From positions 340,406 through 404,405 of the forward strand of contig JBMFNR010000002.1 in the NCBI GenBank assembly GCA_049970055.1: a DNA stretch of 64,000 bases, read 5' to 3'. Below are positions 49,721-58,720 of the stretch, piece after piece. The notes below the pieces were generated by a model, which did no database searches, was not told where the DNA came from, and was given only the letters and a program-made list of their open reading frames with translations. Each line of letters opens with the position of its first letter. Position 1 is the first letter of the stretch. A program made the translations under genes and the position numbers. The stretch is from Fervidobacterium sp. (lineage in GTDB: Bacteria > Thermotogota > Thermotogae > Thermotogales > Fervidobacteriaceae).

Positions 49721-50366
49721 ACTCTTCAATATGCTTTATTACCTCAACGATAGCTTTATATTGCAAAGAAAGAGGCATAGAAGGTATATCGTTTTTTGGG
49801 TATTTCTCGGCTACTTGTTCTGGAAGGAATGGTACGTGGACAAAAAGCACGTATTTTGGATTACCACAAGTTATTGACCTGTGGAGCGAGAAATAGTAGA
49901 CTTCGTTGCATATGTACTGTCCAGCGGTGTAAGAAATAGATGTTGGAGTATTTTTGCTATTCAAAAATTGGGCAAGATCTTTTACTTTCACATTTGTCAT
50001 ATAAGCATCTTGACCTTCTTGTATTACTTTTTTATTACTTAAAGTTATGTTATCGTTATCTGCCAGAAGAGAGTCCATAAGATTTATTGCGATTCTTTCT
50101 AAGCTAATTGTAGCTCTTCCCCCACTTTGTCCAATGTGAAGTACAAAATCCACCTTTGTTTTTGAGTAGAAATCTTCGAGAACTTTAATACTGCGATCGT
50201 AACTTACCGGTAGAATAAGCGTATCTAAAAGGATATTCTCACGCAATTTTTTCCCCATTTTACCTATCTTTCTGACAATCTTTTCGCTTGGATTTAAACG
50301 TTCGCCACCGAATTTCTCAAATCCCGTAACTAAGATCTGGAAAAGTTTACTGTCTATACTTTTCAT
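49713..50366 (-). CDS. pcp: Pyroglutamyl-peptidase I
   Basis: LVTGFEKFGG..NPS, LERIAIN, AGQYICN, FVHVP. Confidence 0.95.
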   Translation of the reverse strand: MKSIDSKLFQILVTGFEKFGGERLNPSEKIVRKIGKMGKKLRENILLDTLILPVSYDRSIKVLEDFYSKTKVDFVLHIGQSGGRATISLERIAINLMDSLLADNDNITLSNKKVIQEGQDAYMTNVKVKDLAQFLNSKNTPTSISYTAGQYICNEVYYFSLHRSITCGNPKYVLFVHVPFLPEQVAEKYPKNDIPSMPLSLQYKAIVEVIKHIEEFI

Positions 50367-50627
50367 CGCTATCCCTCTCCTGTTTTTCCAGTTTTCTGGG
50401 TACAAATTCTATTATACCAGATTATATCGTAATTATAACAGATCTGTACTTTCGTACCGTGTATTCAATTAGCTGTCAACGGTTGATCTAATAATTGTCA
50501 ATAAGTGCCCAAATGGTTAATATATTCATGAAGTGAATTTTTTCTCAAATATTAACATTTTGGTGATTAACAAAGATTATCGAAGGTAGTAAAATATTCC
50601 TGTGATTAATGTTAAGGGGGAGTAGAG

Positions 50628-50894
50628 ATGGATAGTTGTAAGATATGGAAACCAACTGATGATGAGATTCAAAAAGCCAAAAGTTGGCCAACATGGAGTA
50701 AAGAAGAAAGTATTTTCGATTGGTACTATGATGAGCCTGAACAATTTTACGTAGTGGAAGGTAATGCTGAAGTTACACTTGATGATGGTTCAAAGGTATC
50801 ATTTGGTGCAGGAGATATGGTAAGGTTTGATAGGGGTGTAAAGTGCACGTGGAACGTAAAGGAAAAGATATTAAAACATTACAATTTTTGTTAA
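50628..50894 (+). CDS. Cupin (DUF861-like) protein
   Basis: SWPTW, FDWYY, GAGDMVRF..G..CTWNV. Confidence 0.9.
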   Translation: MDSCKIWKPTDDEIQKAKSWPTWSKEESIFDWYYDEPEQFYVVEGNAEVTLDDGSKVSFGAGDMVRFDRGVKCTWNVKEKILKHYNFC

Positions 50895-50912
50895 CGAATA
50901 ACAGGGAGGACG

Positions 50913-51737
50913 ATGAACATGGCATATGTTTATCTTGCGACAACATTATTTGCCTTTTCGAGCATTGAAGTGTTTTCAAAGCCATTAATGGGGTTAGTTG
51001 ACCCATTTTTTATGACAGCCTTTCGGTTTTTACTCGGTGGTTTGATTCTTATGCTTTTCGTTAAGGAAGATATAGAATTAAGAGATTTCCTGCCAATATC
51101 ACTTATAGGTGCTCTGAACAGCATAATATCGATGACCTCTTTGCAGTTAGCTGTAAAATACTCAAATGCGTCGACCGCAGCAACATTAGTTGCATCTAAT
51201 CCCATATTTGTTTCTTTACTTGCGTGGTTGTTGCTCAATGAGAGGCACAACGCAAGAAAGTACATAGGTATATTCCTAGGATTCCTTGGTTTATTGATTT
51301 TCAGTTTTGGTAAGTTATCTGGTGATTCTTGGCTTGGTATATTTTTTGGCATTTTTGCAGCTGTAACGTTCGCTCTTTACACGGTACTGATGAAAAAATA
51401 CACAAAAAAATACGGTTCTTTGCGTGTCACTGCTTTTTCTTCACTCTCGTCGGGACTAATTTATGCGCTACTTTTGTCAGTTTTAGGAAAATTCACTATT
51501 CCCAAACTTAGCATATTTCAATGGTGTATACTTGTATACCTTGGTGTAGTTGTTACAGGCATCGCTTACCTAACATTCTTCAAAGCTATGGAAAAAATAG
51601 GTGCCACGCAATCAAGCAGAGTCTTCTTTTTGAAACCGATTGTTGCCACAGTGCTTGCGGTAATTCTGCTTGGAGAAAAGTTGGGGCTTTTGAAAATCTT
51701 CGGAATGGTTATTGTTTTGTTTTCTCTCATCTTGTGA
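50913..51737 (+). CDS. EamA/DMT family transporter
   Basis: Two EamA repeats, about 10 TM, ILLGE. Confidence 0.92.
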   Translation: MNMAYVYLATTLFAFSSIEVFSKPLMGLVDPFFMTAFRFLLGGLILMLFVKEDIELRDFLPISLIGALNSIISMTSLQLAVKYSNASTAATLVASNPIFVSLLAWLLLNERHNARKYIGIFLGFLGLLIFSFGKLSGDSWLGIFFGIFAAVTFALYTVLMKKYTKKYGSLRVTAFSSLSSGLIYALLLSVLGKFTIPKLSIFQWCILVYLGVVVTGIAYLTFFKAMEKIGATQSSRVFFLKPIVATVLAVILLGEKLGLLKIFGMVIVLFSLIL

Positions 51738-51844
51738 AAAATTGAATAAATGTGGAATGGTTTAACTAACGCTATATAATTGCAATTATACAATTAAATC
51801 TCCCAAAATATTGGCTTTTTTAATATGTGAAATTCTCCTTTTGT

Positions 51845-51862
51845 ATGTTATAATAATCACGA
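51845..51862 (+). promoter_or_regulatory. Extended -10 promoter with overlapping Rex-like box
   Basis: ATGTTAT-AATA-ATCACGA versus Rex consensus TTGTGAA-N4-TTCACAA; contains TGTTATAAT. Confidence 0.5.
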
Positions 51863-51882
51863 AGTGTGAAGGAGGGATGTGT

Positions 51883-52377
51883 GTGGCCGTATGTGAACGT
51901 CATAAAGAACTTTACGAGGAGTTAGATAACTACATTGAACAGGTGAAGGATAAACCTGGAATTCTTATTGGTGTGCTTCACAAAGCGCAAGAATTATTTG
52001 GTTGGCTACCAGAAGAAGTGCAAGAACACATTGCACAAAAGCTTGAGGTTCCCGTATCGGAAGTATATGGGGTTGTTACTTTCTACAATTTTTTCGCAAC
52101 GAAACCGAAGGGAAGGAATCAAATCAAAGTGTGTCTTGGAACTGCATGTTACGTTAAAGGTGCCGACAGGGTTATGGAAAGGTTTTTGGAAGAACTCGGT
52201 GTGAAAGCAGAAGAGGTTACAGAGGATGGTTTATTTTCTGTTCATCCTGTCAGGTGTCTTGGGGCGTGTAGTATGGCACCGGTTGTGCTTGTTGGCGAAA
52301 AAGATTTTTACGGTAAAGTTACACCTGATATGGTTAGCAAAATTATAGCTGCTTACAGGAGGGGTGGGTCGCAATGA
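51883..52377 (+). CDS. NuoE/HydC/HndA-type [2Fe-2S] subunit (copy 1)
   Basis: VVTFY, VCLGTACY, RCLGACS. Confidence 0.95.
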   Translation: MAVCERHKELYEELDNYIEQVKDKPGILIGVLHKAQELFGWLPEEVQEHIAQKLEVPVSEVYGVVTFYNFFATKPKGRNQIKVCLGTACYVKGADRVMERFLEELGVKAEEVTEDGLFSVHPVRCLGACSMAPVVLVGEKDFYGKVTPDMVSKIIAAYRRGGSQ

Positions 52378-52754
52378 GTAAAGTGAAAAGTTTGGAAGAA
52401 TTAATGAAGATAAAGGAACAAGCGCTGCAAAGTATAAAGATGAGAGAGAGTGGAAAGAGAGGAAAGATCATCGTTGCAATGGGTACTTGTGGAATAGCTG
52501 CTGGTGCAAAGGATACACTCAAAGCCATCGTTGAGTATATGAATGAATTGAAGATAGATGATATTGCTGTAGTACAATCCGGTTGTATGGGACTTTGCGA
52601 AGTAGAGCCCACGATTGAAGTTTCACTGGATGGTCAAGAACCAATTATATACGGACATGTTACACCGGAAAATGCAAGGAGAATAATTCAGTCACACATC
52701 TTGGAAGGTAAAGTAGTCTCCGACCTTGTAGTTAAAAAAGGCGAGGTTGGATGA
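52374..52754 (+). CDS. Thioredoxin-like ferredoxin, HydD/HndB-type
   Basis: MGTCGIAAGA, SGCMGLCEVEP. Confidence 0.92.
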   Translation: MSKVKSLEELMKIKEQALQSIKMRESGKRGKIIVAMGTCGIAAGAKDTLKAIVEYMNELKIDDIAVVQSGCMGLCEVEPTIEVSLDGQEPIIYGHVTPENARRIIQSHILEGKVVSDLVVKKGEVG

Positions 52755-52799
52755 TTTGACACGATTATTTCTTAGTAAATCCTTAAGGAGGCGAATAGC

Positions 52800-54632
52800 G
52801 TGGCTTTAACTACGAATACTATTCTTATTTGTGCGGGTGGTGGCTGTATATCCGCTGGTGAAGAGAGTGTAAAGCAAGCTTTTGAAAGAAAATTAAAAGA
52901 GTTTGGGCTTGACAGCGTTGTTTCAGTAGTTGAAACAGGATGTATGGGTGCATGTAGCCTTGGGCCCCTTGCTGTAGTTTATCCAGACGGTGTTTACTAC
53001 CAGAAGTTAACACCAAAAGCGGCAGAAAAAATTGTTGAAGAACACATGCTCAAAGGACGTATTGTGCCAGAGTATTTGTTCGAAGGCGAAAAAGAAAAGC
53101 TGACGATAAAAGAAAAAACAGCAGGTAAAGAAATTCCCTTCTTTTCACGACAAGTAAAGATAGCACTAAGAAATGTCGGTGTTGTTGATCCGTTGAGCAT
53201 TGATGAATATATAGCAAGGGATGGTTATTTTGCACTGCACAAAGCATTAACAAAGATGACTCCAGAAGAAGTGATAAAGGAAATCAAAGACAGTGGTTTA
53301 AGAGGCCGAGGCGGTGCTGGTTTTCCAACTGGATTGAAATGGGAGCTAGCGCGTCAGCAGAAGTCGGACGTAAAATATATGATCTGTAATGCCGACGAAG
53401 GCGATCCAGGAGCGTTCATGGATAGGTCTGTTCTTGAAGGCGATCCTCATTCAATAGTTGAAGCTATGACTATTGCAGGTTACGCGATAGGTGCGCAAAA
53501 GGGCTTCGTTTATGTAAGAGCGGAATATCCTCTTGCTATTGAAAGACTTGGTAAGGCCATTGAAACGGCACATGAGTACGGTTTCTTAGGTGAAAACATA
53601 TTTGGAAGTGGTTTTTCATTTGATATAGAGATCAGAATTGGTGCCGGTGCGTTCGTTTGTGGCGAGGAAACAGCGCTAATGCATTCAATCGAAGGAAAGA
53701 GAGGCCAACCTAGGGTTAAGCCTCCATTCCCTGTACAAAAGGGCTTGTGGGGTAAACCGTCGGTAATTAATAACGTTGAGACACTTGCCCTTGTTCCTCC
53801 AATCATACTCAAAGGTGCTTCTTGGTTTAGACAGTATGGAACGGAGAAATCGCCTGGTACAAAAGTTTTTGCACTTGCCGGTAAGATAAAAAACACAGGT
53901 TTGGTAGAAGTACCTATGGGTATAACTCTTAGAGAACTACTTTATGAAATAGGTGGTGGACATCCACAAGGTAAGCAGATAAAAGCCGTGCAGACTGGCG
54001 GGCCAAGCGGTGGTGTTATACCAGCAGAGTATTTTGATACACCAGTTGATTATGAATCCCTTGGTAAACTTGGCGCAATCATGGGCTCTGGTGGTATGAT
54101 TGTTCTTGATGAGGACGATTGTATGGTTGATGTTGCAAAATTCTTCTTGGAATTTACTGTTGACGAATCTTGCGGTAAGTGTACACCATGTCGTGAGGGT
54201 ACAAAGGTAATGTACGACTTACTGGATAAAATAACCAAAGGCGAAGGTACGATGGAGGATATAGAAAAACTTGAAAGTTTAGCCCAAATAATTAAAGATT
54301 CTTCGCTCTGCGGTCTTGGACAAACTGCACCAAATCCTGTATTATCAACTTTAAAATACTACAGGCATGAATACGAAGCTCACGTTAAAGATAAAATATG
54401 TCCGGCGAAGAAGTGTAAAGCGTTTATAAGCTATGTAATAAATCCAGAAAAGTGCGTTGGTTGTACTGCCTGTGCAAGGGTATGTCCAACTAATGCGATC
54501 CACGGAGAGGTAAGAAAAGTTCACGAAATAGATCAGGAAGCTTGTGTAAGGTGCGGCAGCTGTATAGAAGTTTGTAGGTTTGGTGCGATAAGTAAAGTTA
54601 CGCCTGCTGTTGAATCGGTAGTTTCTAGGTAA
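52800..54632 (+). CDS. NuoF/HydB/HndC-type FMN-NAD(H) subunit with N-terminal [2Fe-2S] and C-terminal 2x[4Fe-4S]
   Basis: GRGGAGFPTG, ADEGDPGAFMDR, CGEET, GGPSG, CGKCTPC, CVGCTACARVCP, CVRCGSCIEVC. Confidence 0.96.
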   Translation: MALTTNTILICAGGGCISAGEESVKQAFERKLKEFGLDSVVSVVETGCMGACSLGPLAVVYPDGVYYQKLTPKAAEKIVEEHMLKGRIVPEYLFEGEKEKLTIKEKTAGKEIPFFSRQVKIALRNVGVVDPLSIDEYIARDGYFALHKALTKMTPEEVIKEIKDSGLRGRGGAGFPTGLKWELARQQKSDVKYMICNADEGDPGAFMDRSVLEGDPHSIVEAMTIAGYAIGAQKGFVYVRAEYPLAIERLGKAIETAHEYGFLGENIFGSGFSFDIEIRIGAGAFVCGEETALMHSIEGKRGQPRVKPPFPVQKGLWGKPSVINNVETLALVPPIILKGASWFRQYGTEKSPGTKVFALAGKIKNTGLVEVPMGITLRELLYEIGGGHPQGKQIKAVQTGGPSGGVIPAEYFDTPVDYESLGKLGAIMGSGGMIVLDEDDCMVDVAKFFLEFTVDESCGKCTPCREGTKVMYDLLDKITKGEGTMEDIEKLESLAQIIKDSSLCGLGQTAPNPVLSTLKYYRHEYEAHVKDKICPAKKCKAFISYVINPEKCVGCTACARVCPTNAIHGEVRKVHEIDQEACVRCGSCIEVCRFGAISKVTPAVESVVSR

Positions 54633-54636
54633 ATTT

Positions 54637-54675
54637 AATACAGGTGAGCGATCCGAAAAGATGCTCACCTGTATT
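54637..54675 (+). terminator. Strong internal hairpin (terminator or mRNA stabiliser) between the two modules
   Basis: AATACAGGTGAGC...GCTCACCTGTATT 13-bp perfect stem, weak T tail. Confidence 0.7.
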
Positions 54676-54727
54676 TGATATTATCTTGGAGTTTGTGTCT
54701 AATTGCATTTGCGGGGAGGGAAGGTGT

Positions 54728-55213
54728 GTGGATCGCTCGATGCTGAAAAACTTCATAAGCGAAGTTAAAAGTGAAAGTTTGGAAGAGCAAGATATGTTGA
54801 TATATCTGCTTCACCGTGTACAAGATTACTACCAGAGTCATTACATCCCACCAGAAGTTGGTGAAATGATAGCCGAAGAATTAAATATTCCTCCTTCAAG
54901 GGTCTACGAAGTCCTCACATTCTACACTATGTTTTCAACAAAACCAAGAGGAAAATACGTAATAAGAGTATGTACAAGTTTGCCATGCCATGTACCTGGT
55001 GGTCGTGAAATTGTGCAATTTTTAAAGCAAAAACTTGGATTAGATTTTGGTGAAACGACTAAGGATGGTCTATTTACGTTAGAAGAGACTGGATGCTTGG
55101 GGCTTTGCGGTGTTGCTCCAGTGATAATGGTTAACGACCAATACTATGGTGACCTCACCGTTGAAAAAGTGAATGAAATCATTGAAGAATTAAAAGGTGG
55201 TGAGGCAAAATGA
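54728..55213 (+). CDS. NuoE-type [2Fe-2S] subunit (copy 2)
   Basis: VLTFYTMF, VCTSLPCH, GCLGLCG; GTG start. Confidence 0.94.
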   Translation: MDRSMLKNFISEVKSESLEEQDMLIYLLHRVQDYYQSHYIPPEVGEMIAEELNIPPSRVYEVLTFYTMFSTKPRGKYVIRVCTSLPCHVPGGREIVQFLKQKLGLDFGETTKDGLFTLEETGCLGLCGVAPVIMVNDQYYGDLTVEKVNEIIEELKGGEAK

Positions 55214-56820
55214 CACCAATTACGGTACTTATCTCCGTTGATAGTAATAGTATCTTGCTGGGCGCGAAGGAATTTGCAAATTATCTCAAAGAACTCATCA
55301 ACAATTACAATCTTTCTTCCCTTGTAAATGTACTTGAAACAGTATCTCTCGGCTCGTACGATGGCGTTGTGTTACAAGTACTTCCAGATGATGTTTTATA
55401 TTCTGTAAAAAGCAAAGAAGATATAAGGAAAATAGTAGAAGAGCATCTTCTCAAAGGAAGAACAGTTTGGGAACTGACCGTGCAGAAATCGGAAATCAAA
55501 GCACCTAAAAAATTCGCGCTTAAAGAAACAAGAATTGTTACAAGAAATATTGGTGTTATAGACCCAAAAAGTATCGAGGAGTACATTGCAAAAGATGGGT
55601 ATTTTGCTTTGAGCAAAGCCCTGAAAATGACACCAGAAGAAGTATTAAAAGAAATCAAAGACAGTGGTTTACGTGGGCGTGGAGGTGCTGGATTTCCAAC
55701 AGGTTTGAAATGGGAATTTACGGCTAGAGCGAAAGCTGATCAGAAGTACATCGTATGTAACGCAGATGAAGGTGAACCTGGTACATTCAAAGATAGGCTT
55801 ATTATGGAAGGGGATCCGCACAGTGTTATTGAAGCAATGATAATTGCTGGATACGCGGTTGGTGCAACGAAGGGATACATTTACATAAGAGGTGAATACT
55901 ACAATTCCGTTGAGAATTTGAAAAAGGCCATTAAAGATGCTTACGAATATGGATTTTTGGGTGAAAATATCCTTGGTAGTGGATTTAATTTCGATTTGAC
56001 GGTACGACTTGGAGCCGGCGCGTATGTATGCGGTGAGGAAACAGCACTTCTTGAATCGATAGAAGGAAGGTCAGGAAGGCCAAGGCTGAAACCACCATAT
56101 CCACCACAATCCGGATTATTCGGAAAACCTACTGTGATAAATAACGTCGAAACTCTTGCAAATGTACCGCAAATTATACTCAATGGTGCACAGTGGTTCA
56201 GAAGTGTGGGCACACCAAATTCACCAGGTACAAAGGTTTTCTGCCTTGTGGGGGATGTTAACAAACGTGGAATGGTAGAACTACCATTGGGTGTAACGGT
56301 TAGAGAGGTACTTTACGGATTTGGCGGGGGAATAAAAGGTGGAAGAGATCTAAAAATGGTTCAAACAGGCGGACTTGCTGGTACCTTCATAGGACCGGAC
56401 AAATTGGATACTCCATTCGATTATGATTCAATGAAAAACTACGGGGTTAGCCTTGGCTCAGGTGTTATACTCGCAATAGATGACTCACACTGCGCAGTCG
56501 ACATAGCGTTGAATGTAATGGAATTTTTTAGGCATGAATCATGTGGAAAATGTACACCTTGTAGGGAAGGAACAAGACTAGCTTGCGAGATTCTCGAAAG
56601 AATGACGAAATTTGAAGCAGATATCGATGATTTAAAGTATCTCGAAGAGATAGCGTATGTAAGCGCTGATGCTTCCTTCTGTGGTCTTGGACAAAGCATA
56701 AATGTTCCATTACTGTCTTTAATAAATAACTTTAGAGGTGAGTTCTTAGAACACATTGAAGCAAAGTATTGCAAGGCAGGTTTGTGCAAAGAGCAAAAAA
56801 AGAAAGTTACAGTTAAGTGA
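55210..56820 (+). CDS. NuoF-type FMN-NAD(P)H subunit (copy 2) without the ferredoxin domain
   Basis: GRGGAGFPTG, ADEGEPGTFKDR, YVCGEET, CGKCTPC; ends after HIEAKYCKAGLC. Confidence 0.95.
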   Translation: MTPITVLISVDSNSILLGAKEFANYLKELINNYNLSSLVNVLETVSLGSYDGVVLQVLPDDVLYSVKSKEDIRKIVEEHLLKGRTVWELTVQKSEIKAPKKFALKETRIVTRNIGVIDPKSIEEYIAKDGYFALSKALKMTPEEVLKEIKDSGLRGRGGAGFPTGLKWEFTARAKADQKYIVCNADEGEPGTFKDRLIMEGDPHSVIEAMIIAGYAVGATKGYIYIRGEYYNSVENLKKAIKDAYEYGFLGENILGSGFNFDLTVRLGAGAYVCGEETALLESIEGRSGRPRLKPPYPPQSGLFGKPTVINNVETLANVPQIILNGAQWFRSVGTPNSPGTKVFCLVGDVNKRGMVELPLGVTVREVLYGFGGGIKGGRDLKMVQTGGLAGTFIGPDKLDTPFDYDSMKNYGVSLGSGVILAIDDSHCAVDIALNVMEFFRHESCGKCTPCREGTRLACEILERMTKFEADIDDLKYLEEIAYVSADASFCGLGQSINVPLLSLINNFRGEFLEHIEAKYCKAGLCKEQKKKVTVK

Positions 56821-56855
56821 GATTCAAGTAATGTAGTGAGAATGATGGAAACAAT

Positions 56856-56887
56856 AAAAAGTGCGCTCGAAAAGGGCGCACCTTTTT
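56856..56887. terminator. Bidirectional intrinsic terminator
   Basis: AAAAAGTGCGCTC-GAAAA-GGGCGCACCTTTTT between convergent genes. Confidence 0.85.
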
Positions 56888-56892
56888 AATTT

Positions 56893-57891
56893 TTAAATTA
56901 TGATTCTGGATTGTAGTTTAATCATGATCCTGTAAAGTTTTTTAAAACTCTCATCACATTCTTTGTCCATTTCGCTTTTAGGATTTAGCGGAGAATTCAA
57001 GATGAGCCCTATCCTTTTGTCGAAATCTACAAGGTCTTTGGCAAAGAATTCTTTTCTTTGAGTGTATTTTCTGAAAAACCTTTGCGTTTTTGAATTTTCA
57101 AGCGATAAAAAAGGTACTCCAAAGTACGAAGCTACTACTGAACCATGGAAACGTTCAGAAACAACAAACTTTGACGATAATATATGCGAGATAGTTTTGT
57201 CAACGTCGCCTACGTCGTTTTCGTTTACTAGATCGGCCTTAAGTATATTAGCTAATCTCTTGGCTACAGGATAATCTGTTTTTTGCGCTGGTAGAATGAA
57301 GATATTGTCGAAGTAGTTACGTAGAATTTTGTACTGATCGATGTTTTTGCTTTCCCTTGGTATTATTATCAAGTCATATTTCTTTTCACATTTATCACTT
57401 AAAGAGGTAACTTTTCTAAGATACCTAATTGAAGGGTCACAAGACAATTCTGTGCTTTTATTCAGATATTTGCCGTACTTATAAGATATTATGTCCCTTG
57501 CGAATAAAAAGACGTTTCTATTTTTTAGGATGTTTCTCAACGTAAGTCGGTTGCAACTTTTTTTGACTGGCCCGATGCTATTACCGAATAAAATGACTGG
57601 CGTCTTTAAAAGTAAACTTAATCTAATTATTAAAGCATAATAAAGAAAACTCCTAGTACTTGTTATGTCTTGTAAAAGTCCCCCGCCACCGTATACAACG
57701 ACATCACTGTCGTATATCGATTCGAGAAGTTCGAAAATGTTGAATCTTGATATCGTGTCTTTACTAACCCTTTTTGGAAGAGCTAATGTGTACTGTATGT
57801 TAAACTTTTCAAGAAAGTCGATAATTCCTAATTTCATTAGTTCATCGCCAAAGTTACCATATCCATAGTAACCTAATAGTAAAACTTTCAA
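56893..57891 (-). CDS. Polysaccharide pyruvyl transferase (CsaB-like)
   Basis: GYYGYGNFGDE, GGGGLLQDITSTRSFLYY, NSIGP, RD, RFH. Confidence 0.92.
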   Translation of the reverse strand: MKVLLLGYYGYGNFGDELMKLGIIDFLEKFNIQYTLALPKRVSKDTISRFNIFELLESIYDSDVVVYGGGGLLQDITSTRSFLYYALIIRLSLLLKTPVILFGNSIGPVKKSCNRLTLRNILKNRNVFLFARDIISYKYGKYLNKSTELSCDPSIRYLRKVTSLSDKCEKKYDLIIIPRESKNIDQYKILRNYFDNIFILPAQKTDYPVAKRLANILKADLVNENDVGDVDKTISHILSSKFVVSERFHGSVVASYFGVPFLSLENSKTQRFFRKYTQRKEFFAKDLVDFDKRIGLILNSPLNPKSEMDKECDESFKKLYRIMIKLQSRIII

Positions 57892-57969
57892 GGAATAACC
57901 AGCTCCTTTGAAGAATAGTTAATTGAAAAATTTTAAAAAAGTTTAAATATCTTCTACAGGGGTGTAACT

Positions 57970-58719
57970 ATGGTTCGTAAGATAACGGAAAAAGTTTATG
58001 TGATCGAACATGAAGAAGCCGCAAACAACGTTGTTATCATAGGAAAAAAAGGTGTCATACTCGTCGATACCTCTTTGTTTCCTGAAAAAGCAAGGAGGAT
58101 TGCTAAATTTGTGAAAGAATTTACAATGAAAACAATTTCTTTGGTTCTGAATACTCATTATCATCCCGATCACACTTTTGGTAATGTTGCTTTTGACTGC
58201 CCTATTGTTGCGCACACGCTTACACGTGAGTTTATGGAGCAATTCAATGTAGATTATTTCAATAAGATTGGTGTTGAATATTTTCGTCCAAAATTACCTG
58301 ATGTATTATTCGATGATATTTTCGAGTACGAAGATGGAGTACAGTTAAAGTTCATCCACGCTCCTGGTCACACACCAGACTCTTCATATGTGTACTTACC
58401 CAAAGAGAGTGTTCTTATCGCGGGTGATACAGTTATCAATACCATACATCCCGAGATAGTGGAAGATAGCAATCTAAGCACATGGATAAAGACGCTCGAA
58501 ACACTTCCAAAAGTAAATCACGTGATACCGGGACATGGTGAAATTGGCGATTACAATTCTATTGTTAAGATGCAAGAGTATATAGAAAAAATAAGAAAAC
58601 TCACAATTGGCGAAATAAGACCAGCAGATTTTGAAAGAGACGAGAACTTTTCAAAGCGACTCCATCCAGAGATGCTTGAATGGAGCCTGAAGAATATTTT
58701 ATCTAAAAGTGCTAGATGA
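57970..58719 (+). CDS. MBL-fold metallohydrolase
   Basis: THYHPDH, PGHT, AGD, IPGHG. Confidence 0.93.
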   Translation: MVRKITEKVYVIEHEEAANNVVIIGKKGVILVDTSLFPEKARRIAKFVKEFTMKTISLVLNTHYHPDHTFGNVAFDCPIVAHTLTREFMEQFNVDYFNKIGVEYFRPKLPDVLFDDIFEYEDGVQLKFIHAPGHTPDSSYVYLPKESVLIAGDTVINTIHPEIVEDSNLSTWIKTLETLPKVNHVIPGHGEIGDYNSIVKMQEYIEKIRKLTIGEIRPADFERDENFSKRLHPEMLEWSLKNILSKSAR

Positions 58720-58720
58720 T

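Noticed and set aside
11077..56789. Many 60-190 aa antisense or alternate-frame ORFs (e.g. 11077-11532, 14086-14523, 19619-20200, 45148-45561, 53510-53896)
   Set aside because: They lie within well-conserved genes, lack motifs, and are the expected antisense shadows
51883..56820. Respiratory complex I (nuo) operon
   Set aside because: No membrane or quinone-module subunits; only soluble NuoE/F homologues
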